A DNA stretch of 38,532 nucleotides, taken from a virus. Within the stretch, counting starts at the first letter, position 1, and each line of letters starts with the position of its first letter. The notes beneath the pieces are model-generated. The model searched no databases. It was given only the letters and a program-made list of their open reading frames with translations, and was not told where the DNA came from. Location: the IMG/VR virus record IMGVR_UViG_3300018412_000005; one strand, given 5' to 3'. This document shows, piece after piece, positions 8,606 to 16,213 of the stretch. The translations under genes and the position numbers were made by a program.

Positions 8606-11600
8606 ATGGCAACAGCATTAGTGAATCCGAAGTTCCGGGCATGGAACGGAGATAAACCGCTGGCCTTCGGTAAGGTGTACACCTATGCCGCAGGTACCAA
8701 CATTCCAAAACCGACATACACCAGCGAAGATGAAACCGTTGTTAACCCGAACCCGGTCATTCTTAATGCTGAAGGCTATGCCGATATTTATCTTGATGGC
8801 AGCTACAAAGTTGTCGTTAAAGATGAGGATGACGTTGAAGTGTGGACCGCTGATCCAGTTACCGACATTACAACAGTTGGTAATGAGTGGGTGCATCCAA
8901 CGCCGGCAGAGAAGTATGACGTTAACAAGTTTAAGGTCAACGATAACCAGGTTGATCGCTTTCATCCTGGGCGCCGTGTGAAGCTTGATGATACCGGGTA
9001 TCTTTACGGCGATATTGTTCAGTCGTATTACGATGGTCAAGGTTTTACCGTTGTAGAGGTTGTTCTTGATAGTGGCAGCATGACCGCAAACTTGAATCAA
9101 GCTTACGTTGGTATTATTAGCGCGGTAAATGGAGCTCAACCGGCTAACAAATATCTTGAAAACCTACAAGGCGATCAGGGTACCGATTATATCAAGTACG
9201 CTTCAGATAAGACGTTGACTGAAAAGATTGATGAGCAGGATGCTGAAGATCAAAACCTTCAAGATCAGATTGATGTGCACACCACTGCAATTGCCGCAAA
9301 CGCTCAGGATATTGTTGATAATGAAACAGCAAACGCCCAAGAGCACGCGAATATCAATGCTGAGATTATCCAGCTTCAGGGAGCAATAACGTCTGGAAAT
9401 AAACTGACATACCGCACGCGTGCTGATTTGTTTGCTGATTTGGCACACGATGCTGACACAGTTGCAGAGGTTTACCTTGACCCAACAGCAGAATATAACG
9501 GTGTTTATCTTAAAAACGGCGCGTCAGGTACCGGCAGTTGGACAATAGCAAGTTATGACCGATACCAAGAGGCGCTTGCCAACAGCAAGAAAGGTCGATA
9601 CCTGGTGCTTGGTGAATGGTCTAAGTGTGAGCGAGTTGCAGCAAACAACTATTTGCTAAGCAATAACCGCATGTACATTTTGACCGACTCAGGGACCATA
9701 TCAATTGCAACGCAAACTGATGTGACTATCACCAATGGTCAGGTGCTTTATGTTGACCCGGTAAACGGTTCTCAGGATGGTAGCAGCGCTTACATTCCGC
9801 AAATTGCCACAATTGGCACAGGTAATTGGGCGTCAGAAGATAAGTATGTTTTGTTCTCATGTAGCAACGATATTGTTGGTGGGATTATTCCTCCAATTGC
9901 AAACATGAAATCAATAAGTGATCGCTTTGATGTAACAGAGGGACTTGCATCAAGCGGTTACGATAACAGCAGGCGCTCGCGTTACATTGTGCTTGGTGAG
10001 CCAAGCAAGCTTATCCGAAACCCAGCAGATTCTCAGGAGTTGATTGTTAGCTGGGGAGCTATTCGCATAAAAGACACAGCTTCAGGTGGGTTTAAAAAGG
10101 TGCAGCCTGTAACTGATTTGGTTGTGCCTGCTACGGCGGCTTTACTTGTGGATTTTGATGCGGCAACTGATGGGAATGGTGATTTGGTTGTCACGGTGGC
10201 TGACCCCTGGTATTCGCATTCTTCTTACGGAGATCCTACTTTATTTAACAAAATGTTCTTACTTACAAACTATTATGGAACCATAGGTGGGGCCATAAAT
10301 TTTGGTGCTGTAGGTAAGATAGATGGTTCGCGCATATCAAACATTGCCAGGTACCAGCTTCTTGGCGGTCTAACTTCTTATGGCACAGTAACAGATACCG
10401 GAAACACTGTTTCTGTAACCTATCCTGAGCTTCAGCTTTTTATAGGCTCAACAGGTCAAGTGCCGCTTGCAATAAGGTCGCAAACCAACCAGCAAATACC
10501 TATCAATGAGTGCTTGTACGTTGATCTTGATGCTGGCCCTGATGGTGACGGTAAATATACGGCACAAGTAACAAGTGGCGGTTATGTTTCGACTATTGCC
10601 AATGGTACTGGTGCTTTCGTTAAGGATGGCAAATATCCGCTGTTATTTAATGGAAGCAACTCGCTTCGCGGTGGACCTTTGCTTGAAAACTCAAGATTTA
10701 CAGAGGGCTTAGGCGGTTCAATTATTCCATGGGGCAACTGTACTATTACCTTTGATGCGTCAACTCGCACGCTTTCATGGACTGGTGATATTTACTTTCT
10801 TTACCGCGGTGGCAACAGGCTTCGCCTTAATGCTGGTTCATTTACATTCCCAGATGGTAATGATTTGCAGACATGCTATTTATCGTTGAAGGATGTAAAT
10901 GACTGGAATAATGCAACAGCTTCGCTGTGCATTAAGTCTGGTCGGTACTACACAGGAACCGACCGCTATTACGCAAACCCTGATCAAATCCCGCTTTTCT
11001 GGTATTCAGGTGGTAAATATGGGCCAATGTCGGGTTTTCCTCAGCCTGATATTGTTGGTGTTCCACAAGATGGTAATACGGCGCCAGTTGTTGTTGTTGT
11101 CTATGCTCCAACAGCTGACACTCAGCGCATGGATGTTCATATCCGTGATGATGGAAACCCTAATGGCCGTTATATTCGCTGGCGCTTTGAGCGTGTTAAC
11201 AATCCAGGCATTAACTCTGATGTGTGGCATGTTCAGAAGGCATGGGTAGTAAACAACGCGCTTAGCTCAACAATTCTTGAGGTTCTTACGGGCGGTGAAA
11301 TTGAAACGGCAATTAAAGAGTCCGGAAAGGCTGACTTTGTTGGTGGTACCGCTCATGGTGATGAAAAAACATTATCGGTAGTGTTTCACCTGGATGGTGA
11401 AGTGCTAGATCCAGCGGTTGCTGGTGTTTACCAGGGCGAGGGTTTGCGCGTCCAGCAGGTAAGTCAATGCTATGAGGAAGGTACCGGGGCTACCGTAAAC
11501 TGGTTTAAGGCATACAAGTCTTGGCAGTTCGGTCTTAATGGTGTTGAAATTACTCAGCAATCAGAGTTCGAGCGTGATGCTAACATTGACAGCTTCTATA

Positions 11601-11968
11601 ACTGTTTCCTTACTATCGCTCGAAATGAGGATGTAAACAACGAGGCAACAACGTCACAGTATGGTGCTCAATATCCTAAGTATGAGACGGTTGATCTCAT
11701 TCCAAGAAACCATGCTCGCAACTACATTGACAATGTTAAGCGCGCTATAGCTTGGGGCGGCGGCGTGTTCTATGAGGCTGAGTTTATTGAGGGATATAAC
11801 GAGCAGGATCCTGATAATACTGAGTACAGTCCATCTATTAATGAAATGTTCTTCCAGGCAGATTCGAGTGCATACAACAAAATGTACTTCCGTCAGGGGT
11901 TCACTCAGATTCGTACCGGTGCGGTTATTTTCAACAGATACCGATACAAGATAACGAGCTCACTGTAA
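8606..11968 (+). CDS. Tail fibre / tailspike protein (1120 aa)
   Basis: RBS AGGAGA lies upstream. The N-terminus (FRAWNGDKPLAFGKVYTYAAGT...NPNPVILNAEG) resembles the conserved particle-binding N-domain of many podovirus tailspikes. It is followed by a Q/D/A-rich coiled segment and four about 125-aa internal repeats. It is the last gene of the virion module. Confidence 0.75.
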   Translation: MATALVNPKFRAWNGDKPLAFGKVYTYAAGTNIPKPTYTSEDETVVNPNPVILNAEGYADIYLDGSYKVVVKDEDDVEVWTADPVTDITTVGNEWVHPTPAEKYDVNKFKVNDNQVDRFHPGRRVKLDDTGYLYGDIVQSYYDGQGFTVVEVVLDSGSMTANLNQAYVGIISAVNGAQPANKYLENLQGDQGTDYIKYASDKTLTEKIDEQDAEDQNLQDQIDVHTTAIAANAQDIVDNETANAQEHANINAEIIQLQGAITSGNKLTYRTRADLFADLAHDADTVAEVYLDPTAEYNGVYLKNGASGTGSWTIASYDRYQEALANSKKGRYLVLGEWSKCERVAANNYLLSNNRMYILTDSGTISIATQTDVTITNGQVLYVDPVNGSQDGSSAYIPQIATIGTGNWASEDKYVLFSCSNDIVGGIIPPIANMKSISDRFDVTEGLASSGYDNSRRSRYIVLGEPSKLIRNPADSQELIVSWGAIRIKDTASGGFKKVQPVTDLVVPATAALLVDFDAATDGNGDLVVTVADPWYSHSSYGDPTLFNKMFLLTNYYGTIGGAINFGAVGKIDGSRISNIARYQLLGGLTSYGTVTDTGNTVSVTYPELQLFIGSTGQVPLAIRSQTNQQIPINECLYVDLDAGPDGDGKYTAQVTSGGYVSTIANGTGAFVKDGKYPLLFNGSNSLRGGPLLENSRFTEGLGGSIIPWGNCTITFDASTRTLSWTGDIYFLYRGGNRLRLNAGSFTFPDGNDLQTCYLSLKDVNDWNNATASLCIKSGRYYTGTDRYYANPDQIPLFWYSGGKYGPMSGFPQPDIVGVPQDGNTAPVVVVVYAPTADTQRMDVHIRDDGNPNGRYIRWRFERVNNPGINSDVWHVQKAWVVNNALSSTILEVLTGGEIETAIKESGKADFVGGTAHGDEKTLSVVFHLDGEVLDPAVAGVYQGEGLRVQQVSQCYEEGTGATVNWFKAYKSWQFGLNGVEITQQSEFERDANIDSFYNCFLTIARNEDVNNEATTSQYGAQYPKYETVDLIPRNHARNYIDNVKRAIAWGGGVFYEAEFIEGYNEQDPDNTEYSPSINEMFFQADSSAYNKMYFRQGFTQIRTGAVIFNRYRYKITSSL

Positions 11969-11998
11969 TAAAAAAGGCCCTTCGGGGCCTTATTTCAT
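11969..11998. terminator. Bidirectional intrinsic terminator between convergent operons
   Basis: Hairpin AAGGCCC-TTCG-GGGCCTT (11974-11991) has an A-run on one side and a T-rich run on the other. It overlaps the stop codon of the leftward gene. Confidence 0.75.
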
Positions 11999-12307
11999 TC
12001 CTTTAATGGTAACTATCCCTTTCTCAATTAGCCGGCGCCATGTGCGAACCATTGCCCGGCGCATGTACCACTCGCGTTCTTCACCTGTCATTGACGCGTC
12101 ATTGTTTCGCCTGTCTATCGCATCATGGCAAGCGTGGCACGCATAGCACGCGCTAATATCGTCTGACTTGGTGCTCATGCCGTTTGATTCGTCAGGCAAA
12201 TGAGCAAGGATTGTAGTTTGCCAGTTGAAGTTGCACACGCCGACAATTTGCAGCGTGCATTCCTCATCCCTGGCGCTATCACGTAGTTTCTTGGATTCGA
12301 TTTTCAT
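11990..12307 (-). CDS. DUF1364 / YbcO-like putative nuclease
   Basis: Motifs ECTLQIVGVCN...TILAHL...ACYACHDAIDRR resemble E. coli DLP12 YbcO (RECQVRIPGVCN...VLAHI...ACSACHDEIDRR). I prefer the ATG at 12307 over the GTG at 12313. Confidence 0.7.
   Translation of the reverse strand: MKIESKKLRDSARDEECTLQIVGVCNFNWQTTILAHLPDESNGMSTKSDDISACYACHACHDAIDRRNNDASMTGEEREWYMRRAMVRTWRRLIEKGIVTIKGMK
12072..12099. repeat. 11-bp-phased hexamer array L8 (3 units, middle one degenerate)
   Basis: TCGCGT at 12072, ACCTGT at 12083 and ACGCGT at 12094. Confidence 0.5.
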
Positions 12308-12309
12308 GA

Positions 12310-12912
12310 TCACCCCATTGCCAGTAGTTGGTTAACGGCTTGCTCAGCTTGCGCTTCATTCTCAAAGGTCCTGGATAAGATAAACTTCCAGACAACGCTG
12401 AAGGCGGCCTTGTAGAACCTGGTAAACTCATCCTGGTCCATGGCGTTGAAGTTGATTGATAGCGGCACCTTGCGCAACCCGGTAGGCGTTACTTCATAGC
12501 GGAAGTAGCCGGCTTCAATCTTTACCCATTCGTGAAGGGCCTGTTTTGACTTCTCAGGCGCTTCTATGTGTTGGGCGCGTCTTTGTCTTAACTCAGTCAA
12601 GAACGCCTTACAGGCGCGGCGAATGGCGCCAGAATTGCCACCTTGCCGATCAAGCCAGTCTGAAAACTTCAGAAGTGTGCCTTTTTCGCTGGCGCTGATA
12701 AGGCCGCCTTGTGGTTCCCAATACTCAAAAGCCAGTTCAAGCAGGCCGCCCCAATACAGCCGGTGGTGCTGTATCGAGCGCGGCTTTAGCATGACAGCTT
12801 TCACCCGCACGCCCTGGCCAAGCTTCCAGGATTTAACCAGGTCCTGATCTGTTTGTGTTACCGGGCGCAATGATCCGTCCTGGCACTTCACCAGTGTTAT
12901 TTCAGTTGCCAT
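12310..12912 (-). CDS. DUF1367-like nin-region protein
   Basis: It is 200 aa and lies directly upstream of the DUF1364 gene, as in lambdoid nin regions. The family call is from memory of N-terminal similarity only. Confidence 0.4.
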   Translation of the reverse strand: MATEITLVKCQDGSLRPVTQTDQDLVKSWKLGQGVRVKAVMLKPRSIQHHRLYWGGLLELAFEYWEPQGGLISASEKGTLLKFSDWLDRQGGNSGAIRRACKAFLTELRQRRAQHIEAPEKSKQALHEWVKIEAGYFRYEVTPTGLRKVPLSINFNAMDQDEFTRFYKAAFSVVWKFILSRTFENEAQAEQAVNQLLAMG

Positions 12913-13435
12913 AAAAACCTACCCTGAAGTCGTGATAAAACTGGCGAGTTGGCGCATAGTTTCCAAGCGCTGTGAATATCGCTACCTGGCATGGGAATTG
13001 TGGGCTTTGTGGTTTTCCTTTTTTATCTAAAAACCTGGTACCGTCAGGCCGCAAAAACTGAAGCCTGAAAGGCATCCTGATTATTGTGTCTGCCTTTTCC
13101 AAGGCGTAACGTGAATATCCTGTTTCAGTGTTATCAGGCATTATTACGCAAGTAGTATTGCCATCATATTCAGCTTCTCGCCATGCTTTCTCAAGCCATG
13201 GCTGAATATCACTGAAAGGAGGATTGCACCAGGTCAAAGGCGCCCATGGCAGTTCAAGCCCATTCTGATCATTTTCCAGGCTGTAAAATTTTTCAGCCTT
13301 GGCTGTTTGGGGTAGCGCGCAAGCGTCAAGGTCAAACTCTTTTGCCATTAGATCTTCAAGTGAGGCAATGAACCATGGTGGAGTTTGCGCGCAATCCTTC
13401 TCGCTGATTGGAGTGTTTGAATTGTAATTTTTCAT
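12902..13435 (-). CDS. Phage Dam-family N6-adenine DNA methyltransferase
   Basis: It has QTPPWF near the N-terminus, a DLDACA segment and catalytic WCNPPFS. The 177-aa size is typical of small phage Dam-type methylases. Confidence 0.75.
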   Translation of the reverse strand: MKNYNSNTPISEKDCAQTPPWFIASLEDLMAKEFDLDACALPQTAKAEKFYSLENDQNGLELPWAPLTWCNPPFSDIQPWLEKAWREAEYDGNTTCVIMPDNTETGYSRYALEKADTIIRMPFRLQFLRPDGTRFLDKKGKPQSPQFPCQVAIFTALGNYAPTRQFYHDFRVGFYGN

Positions 13436-14076
13436 TCCTGTTCCTTGTGTTCAAGTTGCATCATTGCCATGGCCTGGCTGATTGATACCGGGCCTTTCTT
13501 CTGGTTTGAACCAGATTGATGGACCAGTAAAGCCTGGCGAGTGTCACCGATAAGGACCGGCTCAGGCATTGCGTCCATGTGGCCTGTTCGTGAGTTTGAC
13601 GCCTCAGTAACGCCAATTAGTTTTGATGGGTACCGCTCAGGTGGTCGGTTCAAGTATCCCTTGTAGCGCTTGGTGAACTCATTGCGCTTGAATGGGAGTT
13701 CATCATTGGTGATCTTGCAGAGTTCTATCCAGCCGCCCATATCCTCAATGCACGCCATGATTGCTGGCTCATCAAATACCACTGTCCCGTATGAACCAAT
13801 GCGCTCAATGGTGTTTTCAACCTTTGACCATGCTTGTAGTGATCGGCTTTCTGGATCACCGTCAATGTGTCTAACCAGGTCGGCAGGCTTAGGCATGAAT
13901 CTACCGTCACCTGGATCATTGATATGCGCATCCAGGACGCGCTTAACGTCTGCCAGGTCATAGCGATACAGCGCACGAAAGGCCATGCCAAGCGCGGCGT
14001 CACTTGGTTGTTTTCCGTATAGCTCACAGGTTGCAGACCATACGGCGGTGAAGTTAGGGAAGTCAGACTTTTGCAT
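13432..14076 (-). CDS. Lambda P-like replication protein (putative helicase loader)
   Basis: It lies downstream of the initiator. The RFMPKPADLV segment resembles lambda P FLPSPGQFV. I prefer the ATG at 14076 with a GAGGA RBS over the TTG at 14091. Confidence 0.45.
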   Translation of the reverse strand: MQKSDFPNFTAVWSATCELYGKQPSDAALGMAFRALYRYDLADVKRVLDAHINDPGDGRFMPKPADLVRHIDGDPESRSLQAWSKVENTIERIGSYGTVVFDEPAIMACIEDMGGWIELCKITNDELPFKRNEFTKRYKGYLNRPPERYPSKLIGVTEASNSRTGHMDAMPEPVLIGDTRQALLVHQSGSNQKKGPVSISQAMAMMQLEHKEQE

Positions 14077-14476
14077 TGCGGTGGTCCTCAAGTTTTTTCA
14101 TACACAGATCAACCACACGGTTGCAGGTAGCAACGTCCATCATTCCGATATGGCAATCCTCTTGGTTAATTCCTAATTGCTCAGCAAGCCAGGCGTAAGC
14201 TTCATTGCGTTGCATAATTCCATCTTGCCAAAGCCAGTCAAAAGCCTGGTGCGCATTGCCTTTGGCTTTTCGTAAAACCTTATCGGCAAGCCTTCCAAGT
14301 GGCTTATCGCCGTCACCCTGGCCATTGCCTGGTTTGTGGCATCCAACGTATGCAGGAGGGTGCCCGTTATCGCAATGCCAGAATTTCAGGTGATACAGGT
14401 CGCGCCGGTGCGGGTATATCACTTCGCCTGTCACAAGGTTTGCGGCATTACCGCAGTAGTCACAAATCACTGTCAT
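14063..14476 (-). CDS. DUF3268-type zinc-finger protein
   Basis: Motifs seen: CDYCG...WHCDNGHPPAYVGCHK...PLGRLA...AHQAFDWLW...EAYAWLAEQLGI...CHIGMMD. I prefer the ATG at 14476 with an AAGGA RBS over the TTG at 14506. Confidence 0.65.
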   Translation of the reverse strand: MTVICDYCGNAANLVTGEVIYPHRRDLYHLKFWHCDNGHPPAYVGCHKPGNGQGDGDKPLGRLADKVLRKAKGNAHQAFDWLWQDGIMQRNEAYAWLAEQLGINQEDCHIGMMDVATCNRVVDLCMKKLEDHRNAKV

Positions 14477-14486
14477 GGGTTTGTCC

Positions 14487-15380
14487 TTAGTCTGGTAAGT
14501 CGTCAATCATCGCGCTGGCTCTATCGGCCTGGTTTCTTACGCGGCTTTCAAATTGCTCAAGGGTTTCTGTGCCTGGTCCGTTCAAGTAGGTTGGTTGGAA
14601 CTTGGCTACGTTGTTGGCGAATTGCTCAACCTTGTCACCAGATCGGCAAATCAAAGTCAAATCATCGTAAACAGTGCCTGAGTCATTTTGCCCCATGTGG
14701 TGAGGTGACTTTGCACAACCTTCGATTGCCTGCTTGATCTGGTCAACCGTGTAACCTTCCTTCAGCCTTGCCTCAATGCACTTCTTGCGCTTGTCGGTAA
14801 GTTTGGCTTGTGAGGTTTTTCCCATGGTTGTGATCCAGTGGTCGAAAACTTCTTTCACCTGGTCGCGTGTTTGGCGCGACATATTATTCCTTTCCCCTTC
14901 CCTTTCCTTTTCCCTTTCCTTTTCCCCTTCTGTGCTGTGCTCTACGCGTGGTTCACGCGTGACAAGTTCAGTGTTACTTATTTGCTCAGGCTCAGTAATT
15001 GCGGGGCTTTCAGGCTTGGCTCCCTCATTGGTGAGGGTACCAACTGACATATCAGGCAGCGTTGACTCACTTTCCCGGTTGTTTATGTGCTGGTGGCGCG
15101 TAAAAGTAGGAATGCAGCCATAAAACTCACCTTCAACTTCGTACTTAACGAGAAAGTCACGCGATGCTAACGCGTCAATTACGCGTTCAAAGTCGAGATC
15201 ATCATAGGGCAATATATCCAGCTTTAATTGCTTAGGGCGCCAGCGGAAGCGCCCGGCTTTATCACAAACACAGAACAAGCCGATGAAGGCCAGGCGAACC
15301 GGTAAGCCGGTTTCTAGTTCTAAGTCGTGTAGGTCCTCATGCCTGAATAAGTCAGGCTTTACTGTTCGTATGCGTGCCAT
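14487..15380 (-). CDS. Replication initiator (lambda O analogue) with phage conserved C-terminal domain
   Basis: The N-terminus IRTVKPDLFRHEDL...RLAFIGLFCVCDKAGR is typical of prophage replication proteins. It is followed by an acidic low-complexity linker (EGEKEREKEREGER) and a C-terminal VFDHW...KLTDKRK...EGY...I..AI segment. It is the second gene of the leftward operon, after the HTH. Confidence 0.6.
   Translation of the reverse strand: MARIRTVKPDLFRHEDLHDLELETGLPVRLAFIGLFCVCDKAGRFRWRPKQLKLDILPYDDLDFERVIDALASRDFLVKYEVEGEFYGCIPTFTRHQHINNRESESTLPDMSVGTLTNEGAKPESPAITEPEQISNTELVTREPRVEHSTEGEKEREKEREGERNNMSRQTRDQVKEVFDHWITTMGKTSQAKLTDKRKKCIEARLKEGYTVDQIKQAIEGCAKSPHHMGQNDSGTVYDDLTLICRSGDKVEQFANNVAKFQPTYLNGPGTETLEQFESRVRNQADRASAMIDDLPD
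14863..14879. repeat. 11-bp-phased hexamer pair L2a
   Basis: TCGCGT at 14863 and GCGCGA at 14874, immediately left of the homopyrimidine tract. Confidence 0.65.
14887..14931. repeat. 45-nt homopyrimidine tract with three tandem 12-mers
   Basis: Only C and T occur on the + strand from 14887 to 14931. The 12-mers are cctttccccttc (14889-14900), cctttccttttc (14901-14912) and cctttccttttc (14913-14924). The tract encodes the (K/G)ERE linker of the initiator. Confidence 0.9.
14944..14960. repeat. 11-bp-phased hexamer pair L2b
   Basis: ACGCGT at 14944 and 14955. Together they form the inverted repeat ACGCGTG-gtt-CACGCGT, immediately right of the homopyrimidine tract. Confidence 0.8.
15148..15186. 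repeat. 11-bp-phased hexamer array L3 (4 units)
   Basis: ACGAGA at 15148, ACGCGA at 15159, ACGCGT at 15170 and ACGCGT at 15181. Confidence 0.8.
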
Positions 15381-15382
15381 GG

Positions 15383-15598
15383 TTATTCCTTGTTGTAGTC
15401 CTGTTCCCCCAATGCAATAAATTCAGATGCAGTGAGCTCAAAGATTGCAGCCAGCTTTTCAATGTTTGCCAGGCTCACCCGTTCAGAGTTCGCAATAGTG
15501 CTGGTGCGCGTGCGGCTTATGCCAAGTTGCTCAGATAGCCAGGTCACGGTCTTACCGCGTTGTGCCAGGGCTACCTTTACTGAGCGGCCAATGTTCAT
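15383..15598 (-). CDS. XRE-family helix-turn-helix regulator (Cro-like)
   Basis: It is 71 aa. The segment VTWLSEQLGISRTRTSTIANSE is a classical HTH. It is the first gene of the leftward operon at the divergent control region. Confidence 0.8.
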   Translation of the reverse strand: MNIGRSVKVALAQRGKTVTWLSEQLGISRTRTSTIANSERVSLANIEKLAAIFELTASEFIALGEQDYNKE

Positions 15599-15673
15599 GT
15601 TCTATTCCTCATTGGTGGTTTTATGATTCGAGTGAATGCTACAACGAGAAATTAAAAAAAGCAAACATTACTA

Positions 15674-15702
15674 TTGACACCTGTATTATATGGCTGTAAA
15701 TT
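15674..15702 (+). promoter_or_regulatory. Candidate rightward early promoter
   Basis: TTGACA (15674-15679), a 17-nt spacer, then TAAATT (15697-15702). It lies in the 137-nt divergent intergenic region. Confidence 0.45.
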
Positions 15703-15711
15703 TCAACTCAA
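15685..15711 (-). promoter_or_regulatory. Candidate leftward early promoter overlapping the rightward one
   Basis: On the minus strand: TTGAGT (15711-15706), a 15-nt spacer, then TATAAT (15690-15685). The short spacer makes this weaker. Confidence 0.3.
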
Positions 15712-15735
15712 CGCTGATACGGAGAGTGAGCCGTT

Positions 15736-15924
15736 ATGAAGAAGAAAATTAAGTCTGCCGCGTTAGTGGCTGCAATGATTGGGCTTTTTGGTCTGGTTGG
15801 TTCCATGGATTACCAGGACCAACTTGATCAGGAGGCGCATTACTGCCAGATGGTCGAGCAAGGCTACTGGCCAAACTTCAACCCTGAAACAAACTGCGAT
15901 AAGGAGAGTGGCAATGACCGCTAA
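15736..15924 (+). CDS. Small membrane or secreted early protein
   Basis: It is 62 aa with an N-terminal hydrophobic segment (AALVAAMIGLFGLVG) and a GGAGAG RBS. It is the first gene of the rightward operon. Confidence 0.55.
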   Translation: MKKKIKSAALVAAMIGLFGLVGSMDYQDQLDQEAHYCQMVEQGYWPNFNPETNCDKESGNDR

Positions 15925-16213
15925 TACCCTACCCGAAACAATTAAGGTGAAAGTGTACATTCAAGTTTCACCGCATACCGATGAGCCTCAAGCGTTTACT
16001 TCTGACATGAGCGAGTATGGTTATATTCCTCTTGGCACTGATGAAGTGATCGTTGCTGTTCCTCAAACTGACCGCGTGCTGGCTGAGATTGAAATGCTGG
16101 AAAAGACAGCAGATAAAATCAAAGCTGACACTCACGCCAAACTTAAAACGATTGATGACCGCATTCAGTCATTGAAAGCGCTTGAGTACAAACCAGGTGA
16201 TGACAATGAGTGA
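15914..16213 (+). CDS. Hypothetical acidic early protein (99 aa)
   Basis: The ATG at 15914 lies 7 nt after an AAGGAG RBS. The track's upstream extension from 15779 lacks an RBS and overlaps the previous gene. Confidence 0.55.
   Translation: MTANTLPETIKVKVYIQVSPHTDEPQAFTSDMSEYGYIPLGTDEVIVAVPQTDRVLAEIEMLEKTADKIKADTHAKLKTIDDRIQSLKALEYKPGDDNE

Noticed and set aside
8606-11968. Calling the tail fibre C-terminus (about 11050-11968) a depolymerase or lyase, and looking for a diversity-generating retroelement acting on it.
   Set aside because: I recognise no catalytic motif in that region. The genome has no reverse transcriptase and no template/variable repeat pair.
14887-14931. The C/T-only tandem repeat as a CRISPR-like array, a contraction-prone microsatellite or a frameshift site.
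   Set aside because: It has only three 12-nt units with no spacers. It stays in-frame (4 codons per unit) and encodes the linker of the initiator. I keep it only as part of the origin hypothesis.
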